The notes below the pieces were generated by a model that ran no database searches, was not told the DNA's origin, and saw nothing but the letters and a program-made list of their open reading frames with translations. The translations under genes were made by a program, and so were the position numbers. A stretch of 64,000 nt of DNA from positions 48,608,001-48,672,000 of the forward strand of contig OX597827.1 of assembly GCA_951406725.2 (NCBI GenBank). The letters are read 5' to 3'. This document shows, piece after piece, positions 25,954 through 41,302 of this stretch (its first letter is position 1; each line of letters opens with the position of its first letter). The stretch comes from Octopus vulgaris (lineage: Eukaryota).

Positions 25954-27559
25954 TATAAAGGAAATACCTAACTTCCACCATATATCTGTAGGACTTAATT
26001 ACGAGATTATTTTCCCATCGATTGCAGCCTTCATAATATTGGGAAGCTTCATATCGTTAATGCTGGTTAATTTGTTTTGTTTTGTATGTTACCGTTCAGT
26101 GTAATGGAAATACGTCTATATGATACCAATTTATTGGTATCGTACCGTAATTTATTTAAAATCAAACCTCTTTCTATATTTCATTGCATTAAAAAGATTG
26201 TTACTTTGCCGGAAATGAAGGATTCGTAATTTTTAATAAATCGTTATATATTAACTCAATGATGAATGTATTTGCTTTTTTTTTTCTTGACAGTTACAGA
26301 AGGAACGATATTGTCTAGCGATAGTTAATCAATTTTCATCCGAGCCGTTGACAATCTGACATCTCATTTCCCCGATCACATCCGTTCTACTTTAGATCAA
26401 ATTATACATCACAGTGTAATTATTTTTGCTTTTGTTTTTTGTTTTTGCTTGCCCCCAAATTCCCTCGTTAGAGTTATTTTAGACTGTTAGTACCCAGAGG
26501 TTGACACTTTCAATAATTTTACTTGAATTCTTATTAGTGGGGTTTGCTCATCCAATTTTATAGCCTTTTAAACACACGATCGTTTTAGGAAACCCATCAT
26601 TAAAATTTGACAAATTTATTCAACTAGCAGCTCTTCTCCATTCTGTCTGCTACTCATCACTTAATTTTTTTTTTAAACTGTCACTGATTGTTTCCATAAA
26701 GTTTAATTATACATCCTTAAATGATTTAAAATGAAGTATTCAAATGAGAAATCTCTTATTTAAATTTGTTGATTTTTCTTTTACGAGTCGTACACCAAAA
26801 TAGAACCCGTAATAATCGTATTAAAAAAATCAATCGAATTTTCAAATTTGATGTTCTAAATCTGGTACAGATTAGTTAAAAGTACAGAATATGAAGATTG
26901 GTGCAAAGTGCCTTGCTCTCTCACTTTCTTTCTCTCTCCCTCTCTCACTCCTCCTCTCTCGTAAATGCATACATATATACATACATACATACATATACCT
27001 ACATACACACAGATATAGATAAATAGATAAATAGATAGATTCATATTTTTTAATTAAATAACGATTAAATGTATTTACGTGAGCGTGTATGTATACCATA
27101 ACTACACAAGAGCACGAATTTTCAACGATCCAGTTAAAGAGGCATTACATGGTCATTTGACCTTGTATAAATTGCTGAAGGATACGTAAGATAATGCAGA
27201 TTTCCATACATGGCATATCATAAATAAAAACCGAATCCTCACAGTTTGTACTTTTCACCATAGGTTTTCTAGGTCTGATCTTACAGTGGGTTGCATTCAA
27301 ATAACAATCAACATAGAAGATAAGAGAACGACTGATAATTTAGCATTAATTACAAGTAATGTTTGCTCTTACTTCTGAGGACTAGTTATTTGTTAGTTGG
27401 AATATTATTTCATTTCATAACACCAATTGTATATACAAACAAGAATTATTTCCCTAAATAATATGATATAAATATCTAAGACAAGTCAAATTAGTCTAAG
27501 AAACATCGTGTACATGAAATGATACCATAATGTTTCCATAATTCCATAAAAAGAACTGC

Positions 27560-27860
27560 GTGCGCGTGGGCATCAACTCGCAGCCTTCCACCTCCTAGCT
27601 ATTTCTCACATGCGCTGGCAGGGACATGTCCTTCGCCTCCCGCTAGATCACCCTACCAGGGTCTTATCCCATTCGCTACAGCAGCTGCAGGCTGGAAGAC
27701 GTCTTGTGACAGGTCCCTGACCACATGCCTGAACGTGATGGGGAAGATCTCCAGATGATCGACGTCCCTTTAGAGGCTGCAGAGGAGCTGACCCGGGACC
27801 ACCAGTGATGGAGAGCACCGATGGACCTGATGGGCTGTACGACGTATGATAACACCTTTG
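27560..27860 (+). mobile_element. RTE-clade LINE 3' fragment
   Basis: Translates to RWQGHVLRLPLDHPTRVL...AGWK...LEAAEELTRDHQ*WRA (RW.GHV.R and A.DR..WR motifs). Confidence 0.8.
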
Positions 27861-28171
27861 GGACCGCTAACTTGAATGACCTTAGCCCATCATGTAAGAG
27901 CGTGAAGCCAAACTAAGCCAATGTATTACATAGCCAGCTAGCTTGATTCAATATATTTACCTCAATGAATGAAACAGTCGTTAACGATACCTGTATCGCG
28001 CTTCCACAGCAGAGATCTGTAATTGCTCATTGCACCCATCAACGGCATGGTGGACTGCGCTATGTAACGTATCATACCTATACAACCTAAATTACAATTG
28101 TATCACGTAAGCATGAAAAATAAAATTCCTTTCAGAAATAAATGAGTGATCCAATAGCTCTCTTTATTATT

Positions 28172-28336
28172 GGAGAGGCTGTGTGGTAAGTAGCTTGCTT
28201 ACCAACTACAAGGTACCGGGTTCAGTCGAACTGCGTGGCACCTTGGGCAAGTGTCTTCTACTATAACCTCGGGCCAACCAAAGTCTTGTGAGTGGATTTG
28301 GTAGACGGAAACTGAAAGAAGCCCGTCGTATATATG

Positions 28337-28387
<51 letters not shown>

Positions 28388-28610
28388 ATGTGTGTATGTG
28401 TTTGTGTGTCTGTGTTTGTCCCCCCAAACATCACTTGACAACCGATGCTGGTGTGTTTACGTCCCCGTAACTTAGCTGTTCGGCAAAATGCACCGATAGA
28501 ATAATTACTATGCTTACAAAGAATAAGTCCTGGGGTCGATTTGCTCGACTAAAAGCGGTGCTCCAGCATGCCACAGTCAAATCACTGAAACAAGTAAAAG
28601 AGTAAAAGAG
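28172..28610 (+). mobile_element. SINE family A, near full length
   Basis: GGCTGTGTGGTAAGTAGCTTGC...GGCACCTTGGGCAAGTGTCTTC...CTGAAACAAGTAAAAGAGTAAAAGAG. Confidence 0.92.
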
Positions 28611-30315
28611 TATATATTATAAACTCCCACTGATGCGATAGATAATAGATTTGCAAAGATAGGGTCCTGTCTTGGAGCAGATTCATAAAATACAATGCTA
28701 TTTCTAGAATGCTAATAGCTATAGTATCAGTTTCCGATATTTAGTATTTCATGCATGTATTCACTAATAATATAATAATTTCTTGACATTTAACCTCGTC
28801 AATGGAATGTATGCTTACAATATTAATGTTTATATTTTGATATGCTTCACCTCTCATAGCAATTTCGTGTCCTATTCCTAGACGTGCAACTAATAATGCA
28901 AGAACTGATTGAAGCTGCGATGTAAGCGATATTGATATTCGCAAGAAAAAAATACAAAATATTATTACATTTAGTCGAGATATACATGTCCTGTGTTCGA
29001 ATCCAGTATGATATTATGTGCATATTCGAGCAATAACATTCAGTAATAGCGAATAAATATCAAACGAAACAAATAATGCAGATATAATTTAATTCATATT
29101 TCATGAAAAGCAACGACTGTATTCAAATTTTATATCTTTTGTTAGAGATTTTTCAAATTTTCGTATCAGGTTTCGCAATTAGTTTATAACAATAAATTTC
29201 CGAAATCCCTATTCAGCATTTCCAGACATTTGCAAACTAAAACGAAATATCTGTAAAAAAAAAATAATAATAATAAAATAATAAAAAAAAAGAAAAGAAA
29301 CTGGAACATAGCTGTATCTCTATTGCAATATCTTTATAACAAAATGTGTTTCAAATATGTACGAAGTATTTTAACATAGATACCAAAACTATTGTTCACG
29401 GGTTTGCAAACTAAACATAACAAGTCGTCTGAATCAATAGGTCTGTTAATATATTGAATATGTAGGGGAAATATATACGACGAGATCTTTAGTGTTTGAA
29501 CAATGCAATTTTATTTGTTGATATGAAATGATAATTTATACTCGTCTATGTCAGTTTAGTGATAAGAATTAACATGTTTAAGGTCAGATTAAACTAAGTT
29601 ATCATGTCAGAAATTGTAACATAATATTATGTGAGGGACGCGAACACTCACAAAAAACTGTTTATAGGAATGGAAACGAAAATGTCCGTCAGTTTGTGCA
29701 GGTCGTTCGGCAAACCTGAACGCTCATTCGTTGTCTTCTTATCGTTGTAGCTGTTGTTTTTTTATTGTTGCTGTTATTAAGGTGGTGAGCTTACAGAATC
29801 GTTGAACACTGGAGTTGAAGCAATCGGCTGAGCCCCTCCCCCAAAATTGCTGGCCTTGTGCCAAAATTTGAATCGTTGTTACTATATTTGTTAAGGCGGC
29901 GAGCTGGCAGAATCGTTATTTAAAAACAAATATATAAATAATTGTTGAAATATTTCTTTTAACACTAACGTATGGTTGGAATTAATCATACATACATACA
30001 TACATAGTTGATAGCTGTTTCCACTTTTCGAGAAGAAAAATGATGATGCCAGTACGCCAAGCGATGCCTGTACACGTTCCTTTTTTAAAGTAAGGAAAAC
30101 CTTCCACACAACCAGTCCCACCGTGTGAACAACGGAGATAGGCGCTCGAAAAAAGGAATAACTTGTTATCATCATTGGCCATCATCAAGCTGCTGGTCTT
30201 TCATCAACATTTTCTTTCTCCTAGAGTGATGCCGTAACAATGACCAGGGATTACACACACACACACACATATATATATGTGTGTGTGTGCGTGTTTGTCT
30301 GTGTGTATTCAATGC

Positions 30316-30351
<36 letters not shown>

Positions 30352-32820
30352 ATACATGCATATTCATATATATTGTTTAACAATTAAATAATTCTCTTTT
30401 GTTGATATTCATGTGAGCAAAGAATTAACATTCGGCACTTATTGATTGTGGATATAATCTGAAGATCGATAATAAGCAATATTTACTACTACTATATTTT
30501 CTAATTATAGATTCTGTGTCACTGAACAATGTCATATTTTGTACTCTAGAGGTTATATAGCATTACACTATTAAATCATTCAGAGTCTAATATTTGGTTC
30601 ATATTTCCTGGAGCTTAAAAGAATGTAACGTAAATTTTTGCCTGCTGGGATTTGAACGCGTGATGATTTAGAGATGAATAATAGGAATACTAGGTTAGAT
30701 ATTCACTCGATTTAGCAATAAGTTTACTAAATTCCCCTATGTAAGTTCTATCCAATATTTCTTTGCTGTGACTATGGATTTCTTTTATTTCTTTCAGCAA
30801 GAATTAGGAAAATAAAATACAAGGAATGAAGGTAAATAATAAATACATTTTATTCAGTAGATTCAATGCAGCAACCTGCCAGAAGCTACTTCCTTCTTTA
30901 CCTAGATTTAGAGAATCATCGAAACATAAGATAGCCGAGGTCCTCTGAAATACAACAATTTAAAGAAACATTTTGACAGTTTGATTGACCTGTCAAAATT
31001 AGCAACAAACTATTATTATTTTTCGCCGAAGAACCTTTGTTTCTGTTAGCACGAATTTAAAAAGTAATAAAGTCTACCATGTTTGGAAAATTCTTACATA
31101 TTCTAAATTCAATATATTTTTGTCGAAATAGGATTTGTCAATATTTTATTACTGGAAATTTCAACTGCAGAAAACTAATTTTAATTCACAGAGTAAGAGG
31201 GTTATTTTTAATACTGGGAGATAGCTTTACTTCTTGTAAAGAGAATAAAATGCAAGGCGTTAATTTTAATACTGCTTTCGAATTTCGAGGGCTGAAAATT
31301 TGTCGCTATCATCGACCAAGACTGATACTTTATCAACAAAAATCATTCAGAGTGTAATATTTGGTTCATATTTCCAGGAACTTAAAAGAATGAAAATGTG
31401 TCTACTGATGAAGGATTAAGAACAAAGAAGACCACGGTGGGATTTGAACTCAGAATATCTTTCTGCCAATGAGTATGCTGTCATTTAATTTTAGTGTCAC
31501 AATGAACATGCTGGGTTCAGCACCAATTACAAAACAAGTCTTATAAATAACCGTAAAGAATTAAAAGTACACCTTTTTTCTCTCTATTCCAAAGTTTTAT
31601 CCGACATCATCGATATGCGTACAAAGATATTTCTCATCAAATGTAAGACATCATTTCTAGTTTATGCTCAGTTATACTTATCATCATCTGAACTATTTCG
31701 AACTTGTCACATTCCTTGACTTCCTCATATGTATAGTTGCCTTTTCCTTCTGTGTTATATAAGTGTAAATATATTATAAACCGACTTGATAACTGTTGAC
31801 AGCTTGTACCAATTCGAGAAACACTCTCTAATATTTCAGGTAGATAGCTATCATCAGAGATTCTGAGTGATTGCCATTCGATTTATTCGATTCGTTGATG
31901 ACGAGCCTCGACCGAAAGCAAAGCTTCTCTTTCTAATCGGCAACTAATTTATTTTAATTGCAAATGTTTTCGTTTTTTAATTTAGTATTTACAGTCGCGA
32001 ATCATTAAGTTATTTTTTTCTCGGATTCTGCTGTTTTCTTGTTTCGTTCAGTTTCAGCGTTTACTTATATTCTGATACCAAACAATTATGTGAAAGAAAG
32101 CAGAAATAAATTACACTAATTGGAAATTAATTGCTTGTTAGTGTCTACACCTCTATTAAGTGAAACACTGTTCATTGATTATTTATTCCAAACATAAGTA
32201 CACACATTGTAATTGTGTTGAAATTAACTCACGCACAGCCACACATTCACACACACACACACACATATATATACATAGATGCCTATGGATATACATACAT
32301 ATACATATGTTTATATATGTATATATATATATATACATACATATATATGTATATATGTACATACGTATTTATGTGTATATTTATATATACACATATATAC
32401 ATATGTATAGACATACATATATGTATTTATATATATGCGATATGTGTGTGCATGTGTATACACACACACACGCACAAACCATAGGCTATCACGTTTCTAC
32501 TATATGGATTCTGTCTGAGATGTTAATCATTCGATTTAATTGATTTGTGAGTTTTATAACCTGATAGTTAATATCAGTTTCTGAACAACGTTTACTCGAC
32601 TCAAGTTCAAAGCTCGTTCAATGAATCTAACTTCACTTTTACAAAACCCATTGTAAATCATGGTAGATAAGAACCCCACAGGACTGAATACCACTAGAAT
32701 AGCTTAAACTCCTTATGAAGCAACGGGAATTCGTTTGTACGAACATTGAGGTGCTTCAACTGATACGGCAACCAAATCACTATTAGAGTACATCATACGC
32801 TCTTAGTATTACGAAGTTCA

Positions 32821-33060
32821 AAGGCGGCGAGCTGGCAGAAACGTTAGCATACCGGGCGAAATGCTTAGCGGTATTTCCTCCTTGTTTGTACCCTCTGTGT
32901 TTAGCCTCGACTGAGTTCAAATTCCGCTGAGATCGACTTTGCCTTTTATCCTTTCGGGGTCGATACATTAAGTACCAGTTGCTTACTGGGTCGATCTAAT
33001 CGACCGGCCCCCTCCTCCATGATTTCAGGCCTTGTGCCTAGAGTAGAAGAAAATATTAGG
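32821..33060 (+). mobile_element. SINE family B
   Basis: AAGGCGGCGAGCTGGCAGAAACGTTAGC...GAGTTCAAATTCCGC...CCTTTCGGGGTCGATACATTAAGTACCAG. Confidence 0.9.
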
Positions 33061-33092
33061 AATGCATACATACATACATATATACATACATA

Positions 33093-33270
33093 TACGGGGG
33101 AGGGGGTGGTGAAACGTTCCTGGCTTTGCATAAAAGAAAATACAGGAGGATCAGTTAATTATGATTTTATTCAACATATTCCCCTCTCAAATTCACACAT
33201 TTAAAATAGAGTTTTCGTTTTTTCTAAGACCTGTAAAAGAACTTCGAATGTTGGGCCTGCAACCAGAAAG
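33093..33270 (-). mobile_element. Mariner-derived MITE, partial, same family as 9010-9222
   Basis: TTTTATTCAACATATTCCCCTCTCAAATTCACACATTT is the reverse complement of the 9117-9155 segment; TIR-like TACGGG...GAAACGTTCC. Confidence 0.7.
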
Positions 33271-34332
33271 AAATAAAATGGTTAAATTATTCTCTCTGGG
33301 TATATAATATGGAGAACCGTTTGACTAGCTTCGTCACAGCCCTTTATCACATTTGTCTCCGACCCAGTTTCTTGTGATTCCTGGCCCACGCATACTAGTA
33401 AACATCTACCTATTCTTTTATTTATATCATCCTTATTCCATCTACCACAAAAACACATTTTGTTTAACATACATTTATCTTTCTTTTACATCGTACATTA
33501 TAGATGTTCTCCCTATCACCTTCATATTATACGCTTTCCAATATCCCATTATGTGCTCTACTATAAGCTTCTATTCTATTATCTTTTATGTCAATATCAT
33601 ATCATTCTATTATAGTTTAATATTGACTTTTCAGCCCAAGGAGCGATGCAATAATAAAATTCGTATAATAATTCCTCATATAGAGACACTCCTACTAATA
33701 GCCCATTTCAGAATATATTCGCAACACAGTTATTGCTTCAGGGGCATACAAGAGCAACTTCATATTTCGTCAACTTCATGTAAAACTCTATGATGCCCAA
33801 TATTCCATGTTATACACTTCTAAACTAGATAACATCCAATGAAGGTTCCGACTGTCAGAATTTATTGCATTTTTCGAAGCCTTATTAAATTAACTACACC
33901 AATGAGTGCATTTTTCTTCGATAGGTTGTCTCTTATCTTTGTATCTCATTATTCTTGGTTTAAAAGTACTTTAGTAAAGAATCAGATAATATAGGCTCGT
34001 AATATAATAGTGTCTACTCTCCTAGAAAATTAATTTGTCGTTTATATCGTCACGTCTTTATATCTCAATCTAAAATCTATAACTTCATGCCAACAACTAC
34101 TTCTATTGTTCATTGCGTTGACAAGTAAGTTCATGTACTTACGTTTCCATTTAAGGAAGGAAATGATTGTTGATCGTAAGCTGTGACTGTCTGGGATGCA
34201 ACCACAGGTTGAAGATGCATTTCTATTCGTTCGTGACTCCCAAATGCTACTGAGGTGAATTAGAACGTCGCAAGTTTAATTTCTTCCTTTTCTGACAATA
34301 CATATACATATATATATATACATACACACACG

Positions 34333-35095
<763 letters not shown>

Positions 35096-35101
35096 GACAC
35101 C

Positions 35102-35144
<43 letters not shown>

Positions 35145-35151
<7 letters not shown>

Positions 35152-35275
35152 TCTGGGGAGAGTCATTTTCTTTTTGTGCCTTATTATGTAACACACTCAA
35201 CGGTAAAATTTGCACTTTTTTTTTCTTATTTTTATTGTCCTAAAATTTTCTTTACGTCTTGCAAACTTTTCAATA
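35145..35275 (-). mobile_element. Solo pseudo-LTR arm of the 23968-24575 PLE family between (TA)n tracts
   Basis: TATTGTTTCTGGGGAGAGTCATTTTC...CTAAAATTTTC...CTTGCAA matches 23968-24095. Confidence 0.8.
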
Positions 35276-35300
35276 TATATATATATATATATATATATAT

Positions 35301-35457
35301 GACGGACTTCTTTCAGTTTCCGTTTAACAAATCCACTCACAAGGCTTTGGTCGGCTCGAGGTTATTGTACAAGACGCCCGCCGAAAGTGCAACGCAGTGG
35401 GTCTGAACCCGGAACCATGTGGTTAGTAAGCAAGCTACTTACCACACAGCCACTCCT
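35301..35457 (-). mobile_element. SINE family A, 5' half
   Basis: Reverse complement AGGAGTGGCTGTGTGGTAAGTAGCTTGCTTAC. Confidence 0.88.
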
Positions 35458-36631
35458 ATATATATATAGGTGTGTGTGTGTGTGTGTATATGTGTGTGTG
35501 TATGTGTGTGTGTATTAGTGTGTGTGTGTGCGTGTATGTGTGTGTGTGTGTGTGCATGTGTGTATATATATCAGGACTACCTAATACTCTATTACTCGAT
35601 GTAAAGGAGTAAGTGCTGTTACTTATTGGGTTGTGGAATATTTAGAATTCGGAATAATTTTCGATTTGAATTAGTGTATCTACATACAATGGCTATGAAA
35701 GGATTTTAACTCTGGCCTAGAAGCATTTAAGTAAGTGAAAGCGCTGTCCTCGACTAAGTTCTTCTGCCAGGGAAGAAATATCTTAGTCACATGAAGGAAA
35801 GCTAGTAATGGCAGGAAGATTTTGCCTAAAGAACGTAACTCTCCATTAAACGTGGTCAAATTTTTATATTGCCACACGGGATATATTATCGGAAAATAAT
35901 ATATCCCAAGATTGGATGGTCATAGTTGGAACAGGCAATTTAGATTACTGGTGGGCTGGGCCAAAACAATAACATCAATATCATCACCGATATTAATGCA
36001 ATATTTCTATTCTACAGCTGTGACGAATGGCCATTAAGTGTAAATGTAATGTTAATAGTCTCGGACAGCAAGAAGAGTTACAGTATTGATGTGGTCTGGA
36101 GACAAAAGCGAAAACAATTAACAGTTCGGAATGTAGTTCTAAACATCACCACCTACCAGTCGGACGAACTGTCCAACTGATCCAGACCAGATTACAAAAA
36201 TGTTTACGGCTATATAACGTTTAGATAACATTTAGTCTCTGACACTTGTTTCATGATGAATATAAAATATATGAAATAAAAATATATTTTGAAATAACAA
36301 TCTATAATTAAGTGTGCAGCCAGTGTAATTAGGAATATTGATGTAATTATAAAAGAATATATGATATAATGATAAAAATATGATGTGATTTGCAAAGTAA
36401 AAACAGAAAAGTTCATCGTATTTCGATGTCCATTAAGTCGTGTAACTACGTGTCTATATTAAAGAATATAAACAAACGCATACACACACACACTACACAC
36501 ACACGCACACACATACATACACACACACACACACATATATATATATAGAGAGAGATAGATGCATACTTATGTACGTTAGTTTGTATTTTTATGTATATGT
36601 ATTCGCATACACACACACATATATGTACATA

Positions 36632-36662
<31 letters not shown>

Positions 36663-37259
36663 CCGTGTATATAAATGTATATGTGTGTGTATGTATGTCT
36701 GTATGTATGTATGTATGTATGTATCTGTACGTATGTATGTATATAAATACGTACATACATTAATAAATACATATGTGTCTATGCGTACAGATACATATAT
36801 ACATACACACACATATGTATATAAATACATACATACAAACGCAGATACTACTGTCTAATTTGCGGGACGCATATAATGAGTTGAGAGATTTATGGCGTTG
36901 TTTTATACGCTACACCAGTGTTTACAGCCTGTTATTAATTGAATGCGAATTTTTGTTTGTTTATCAATACACATTGTTTGATCTATACAGATAATAATAT
37001 AATCTTCCTATCATTTGAAGTGATTGGCAAATGTTGTCGTTTGAAACCAGCCGAGTTGATATTGTGTTGGACTATGTTCAAATATGATTTTTATCTAATC
37101 AGATTTTTTTGTCAACCTCACGATTTGATTAACCAGTGCAATGATAAAGAACGTTCCACCAAACGTCCATATCGCCCTTTTTTTTGTTTTCTTGTATATC
37201 AAAAACTATTTGGCCCTCTGGTCCGTCCTCTTACTCGATCAAGGATGACTGTAAAGTTT

Positions 37260-38050
37260 AAAAGCACTCTTCACAATATCGTAGTCTCGAGATCTAAACT
37301 ACTGCTGAATACATTGGCCAAGCGTCTTCCACCATAAAGTAGTGTCAGCACAGACCTGTGTGTGAAATTTAGTAAGTTGACGCTAAGTGAAACCCAGTCT
37401 GAAAGACCGTTTATGTTAACGAATGGTGGACTTGAATTGTCGGTCTGTTTCACACAGCAACAAGAGCTATCAGAATTGAAGACATGACAAAGAAACATCT
37501 GGTAGAGTGTACTATAGTGTATGAATCTTCAAGCAACTGATCGTTCGCTGATCAACATACAGTGCGATGTTGAGCCATGAATTACCTATGTCACTCTTTA
37601 TGTATCCATGAATACACCACTCTTGGACGAAACCACTACAAAAAGGAAGGATGATGAGATTTTGTGAGAATTTGGTTGAAATGTATTCAGAGTTAACCGA
37701 GACACCATTGTTCTACTATGCATATTTTGAACTACCTTCATACGTCCACTATACTAAATCTGTTACCAACACAGAAGTACCCAGACAGATTTAGACCCAT
37801 AGAAATGTGGTCGTACTGTAAAAGTCACAGCTGCACAAAGCCAGGCATGTTCCCAAGAGTTGGAAACATACCATCCAAGGTTAGGTAGCTTGGCGAAGTA
37901 ACTGCTATGCATAGTATCTGAAAACACTACAAAATCTTCTGGAGAAATTCTTTCGTGCTTGCACAACCCAACGTTGTCTGTTGCTTGCAATAGGTGCCAT
38001 TGGCGAGGACTGAAAACACATCCTCTTGCTGTCTGTATTCTTTCTTGAGA
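37260..38050 (-). pseudogene. Highly decayed Tc1-like transposase remnant
   Basis: Minus strand KHERISPEDFVVFSDT (resembles H..W..EDW..V.FSDE) and SSSLDLETTIL (resembles SPDLNPIE) appear in the expected order. Confidence 0.45.
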
Positions 38051-38093
38051 ATGCACACTATATATATATATATCGCTCAGAGAATTAATATAG

Positions 38094-38126
<33 letters not shown>

Positions 38127-38145
38127 ATGTGTGTGTGTGTATGCA

Positions 38146-38515
38146 TATGGATGCGTGCTAAGATGTTTACTTCTCAAGAACATGGTTCCAGTTTCATTCC
38201 AGCTCCATGGCAACTAGGCCAAGTTTTTTCTAATGTAGCCAGAAAGGAGCCCGTCGTATATGTATACATGTGTGTGTATGTGTGTGTGTGTGTGAGTGTC
38301 TCTGTGTGTGTGTGTATTTGTCTTTGTGCGGGTACCCCACCACTGTTTGACAAACGGTATTGGTTTATTTACGTCCTTTTAATTTAGCAGTTCGGCAAAA
38401 TATGCTTATAAAATGAGTGCCAATAAAAAATAATAAATACTGGGTCGAATTATTTGATCAAACCCTTCAAAGCGGTGACACAGCATGGTCGTAGTCTAAT
38501 GACTGAGACTTGTAA
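38146..38515 (+). mobile_element. SINE family A, old degenerate copy
   Basis: GAGCCCGTCGTATATG(TG)n...GTTCGGCAAAA...CAGCATGGTCGTAGTCTAATGACTGAGAC. Confidence 0.75.
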
Positions 38516-39350
38516 AATCTTAAAAAATTAAACATTAATGAGTGTGTATAAATATAAACGTGTGTGTGAATGTGCGTGTTTCTATTTATGCATATATATA
38601 ACAGCTATATACATACATTCATAAATGTATATATGTATGTATGTATACATATACATATGTATGTATACAAATACAATACAAACACACACAGATATATATG
38701 ATTTACAGACATACACGCACACTTACATACACACACATATGCACGTGCTCGTATGTGCATGTATGTGCACGTACATCAGATAAGCTTTCTCACAGTTCCG
38801 CTCACCCACTTCAAAGAAACCTTGAGATGAATATAACTTGATTAACCATATTGTATAAGCTCTTCACAGAAGCTGTCGGAATCAATTCCACCAAGAATAT
38901 TGCTATACTAATAAGTTAGCAACTGATCAGCAGACAAATGGATAGAATCTAGAGAGGTTATGTGCAGAAATATTTCCATTTAATGAAGCTCTAATGACTG
39001 AAGTTATTCAACACTTCAGAAATCTTCTGACGGTGTCGATTAATTACTGAAAGTTATTACTGTATTCCCCAATGTAACTGCTGTAATAAATGTATTTAAT
39101 AAAAGCAACTGTTCCAACGATTCTTGTTATTAAAAGGCCAAGAGATATCATGCCAACTGGCCTCATCCTGTTACCTGAAATCGTATTTTCACTATTCCTA
39201 TAAACATTTCGAAGGAAATATTCCAAGAAGACAGTTCTTTTTGTCTGTTTATTTTACAATAAATCAACTTCAGAATATTTCTACAAAAATAGTTTACATA
39301 TTACATATTACATATTACATATTACATAATAGTTTACATACTACATAATA

Positions 39351-39775
39351 GGCGCAGGAGGGGCTGTGTGGTAAGTAGCTTGCTAACCAGCCACATGGTT
39401 ACGAGTTCAGTCCCACTGCATGGCATCTTGGGCAAGTGTTTTCTGCTATAGCCCCGGGCCGACCAATGCCTTGTGAGTGGATTTGGTAGACGGAAACTGA
39501 AAGAAGCCTGTCGTATATATGTATATATATGTGTGTGTGTGTGTATGTGTTTGTGTGTATGTGTTTGTCTCCCTAGCATTGCTTGACAACCGATGCTGGT
39601 GTGTTTACGTCCCTGTCACTTAGCGGTTCGGCAAAAGAGACCGATAGAATAAGTACTGGGATTACAAAGAATAAGTCCCGTGGTCGATTTGCTCGACTAA
39701 AGGCGGTGCTCCAGCATGGCCGCAGTCAAATGACTGAAACAAGTAAAATAATAAAAGAAAAGAAAGAATAAAGAA
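39351..39775 (+). mobile_element. SINE family A, full length
   Basis: Near identical to 50406-50816. Confidence 0.93.
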
Positions 39776-41192
39776 TATTAGCGGCTCTCAACTGGGGGCC
39801 ATATAAAAACTTTTGTAAATCCACGCTAGTAAAATAGTAAATAGAGGATCCACAATAGTATTTTAAGAGTCGATGAAAAGCTTTGTCTCAGTGCAAGACA
39901 CCACTAGGTTCCTTTCTCTAAAGTTTTACATAGTTTAACATGTCTCCGGTAACACTGATACATGTTCCCTCATTACAAAGTTAAACAAGTGAAAATGTGA
40001 AAAATAAAATAAGAATTTTGAAAGAAGTATCTATGCAACTTGCATTTGAACATTGAAATCAAAGGAATACATAAGTTAAAAGTAAAAGACAGAGAGAACG
40101 CTGAAAAACATTTGTGTTTGGTTCGGCAATATCAAAGATTACATATTGTTTCGGAGGTAACAAAAATGTTGTGATAACCTGTTATTGGTATGGAATACGG
40201 TCGGAAAAAGGTTTTGCAAACTTGATAGTCGTATTCATGGTAACCATCTTCACTGTTCTTTGAAATATAGGACAGAAATTACTAGTTGATATGATACAAA
40301 CACTTATCTGTGTCTTGTAGCGTTGCTGAGCACAAACATAAGGGGCCAAATGTGCTACAGAAGTCTTACTAAATTTAGCAGCCGTACGGTTCTCCAATTG
40401 GAGACAGTTGTCTCGAGTTTAAACGAAATTTACTTCATAAATATTCAAATCTGCTAGATCCAGCAGTTATCTATGGAGTCATGGGGAAGCGTAGATACTT
40501 TCACAATGATAATGACAGCAAATATTTTATGATCAAAAGTTACCATACGGGGCTGAATTTCTCTCAAATAAATCATCGGGTGTATCTGAACACATACCTA
40601 ATAAATAGCAACAAAATATGTTGAAGTTGAAGCAAAAGAGATCAAGTAAGTCGGTAGTAAACATCTTCAGACTTACTCAAGCATAAGCCGGCATTCGACT
40701 GAACCTCCATAACAAGTGGTTACAAAACAAACTGTTATTAAGCACACAGCTATGCCTTTCTGGATTTACATTATAACGCCGCGTTGCGTACCTTGGATCA
40801 AAACCAAACCCACCTTTGGCAGTACATCTGTAATTTCAATGTGGTTTAAATGATAGGTATAAACATTCGACTGCTGAAACGGAGCGCGTAATACTGAGAC
40901 AATTGAGCAGCGGTGAAATCGAAAATTTTAGTTTTAAATAGAAAAAGCAAAATTGTGAAATTCTCTGTCTCTTCATCATTTTGGTAAATTCTTTTAGTTT
41001 AATTTTTGTTGAACTATTATATATTTTAATTACATGATTTCTCTCCCTTACTATAGGTAATTGATCCAATCTGGATGTTTCTTTTTTCTCCAAATTAATC
41101 ATTATATGCTTTTTATATTTCATACTTATTTATCACTCTTACACTCTTTCTCTCTTTCTCTCTCTCTCTCTTTCTCTCTCTCTCTTTCTCTT

Positions 41193-41223
<31 letters not shown>

Positions 41224-41250
41224 ATGTGTATATATATACATACATATATA

Positions 41251-41302
<52 letters not shown>

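Noticed and set aside
40100-40800. Possible decayed DNA transposase (piggyBac-like) on the minus strand
   Set aside because: No diagnostic motif could be read with confidence.
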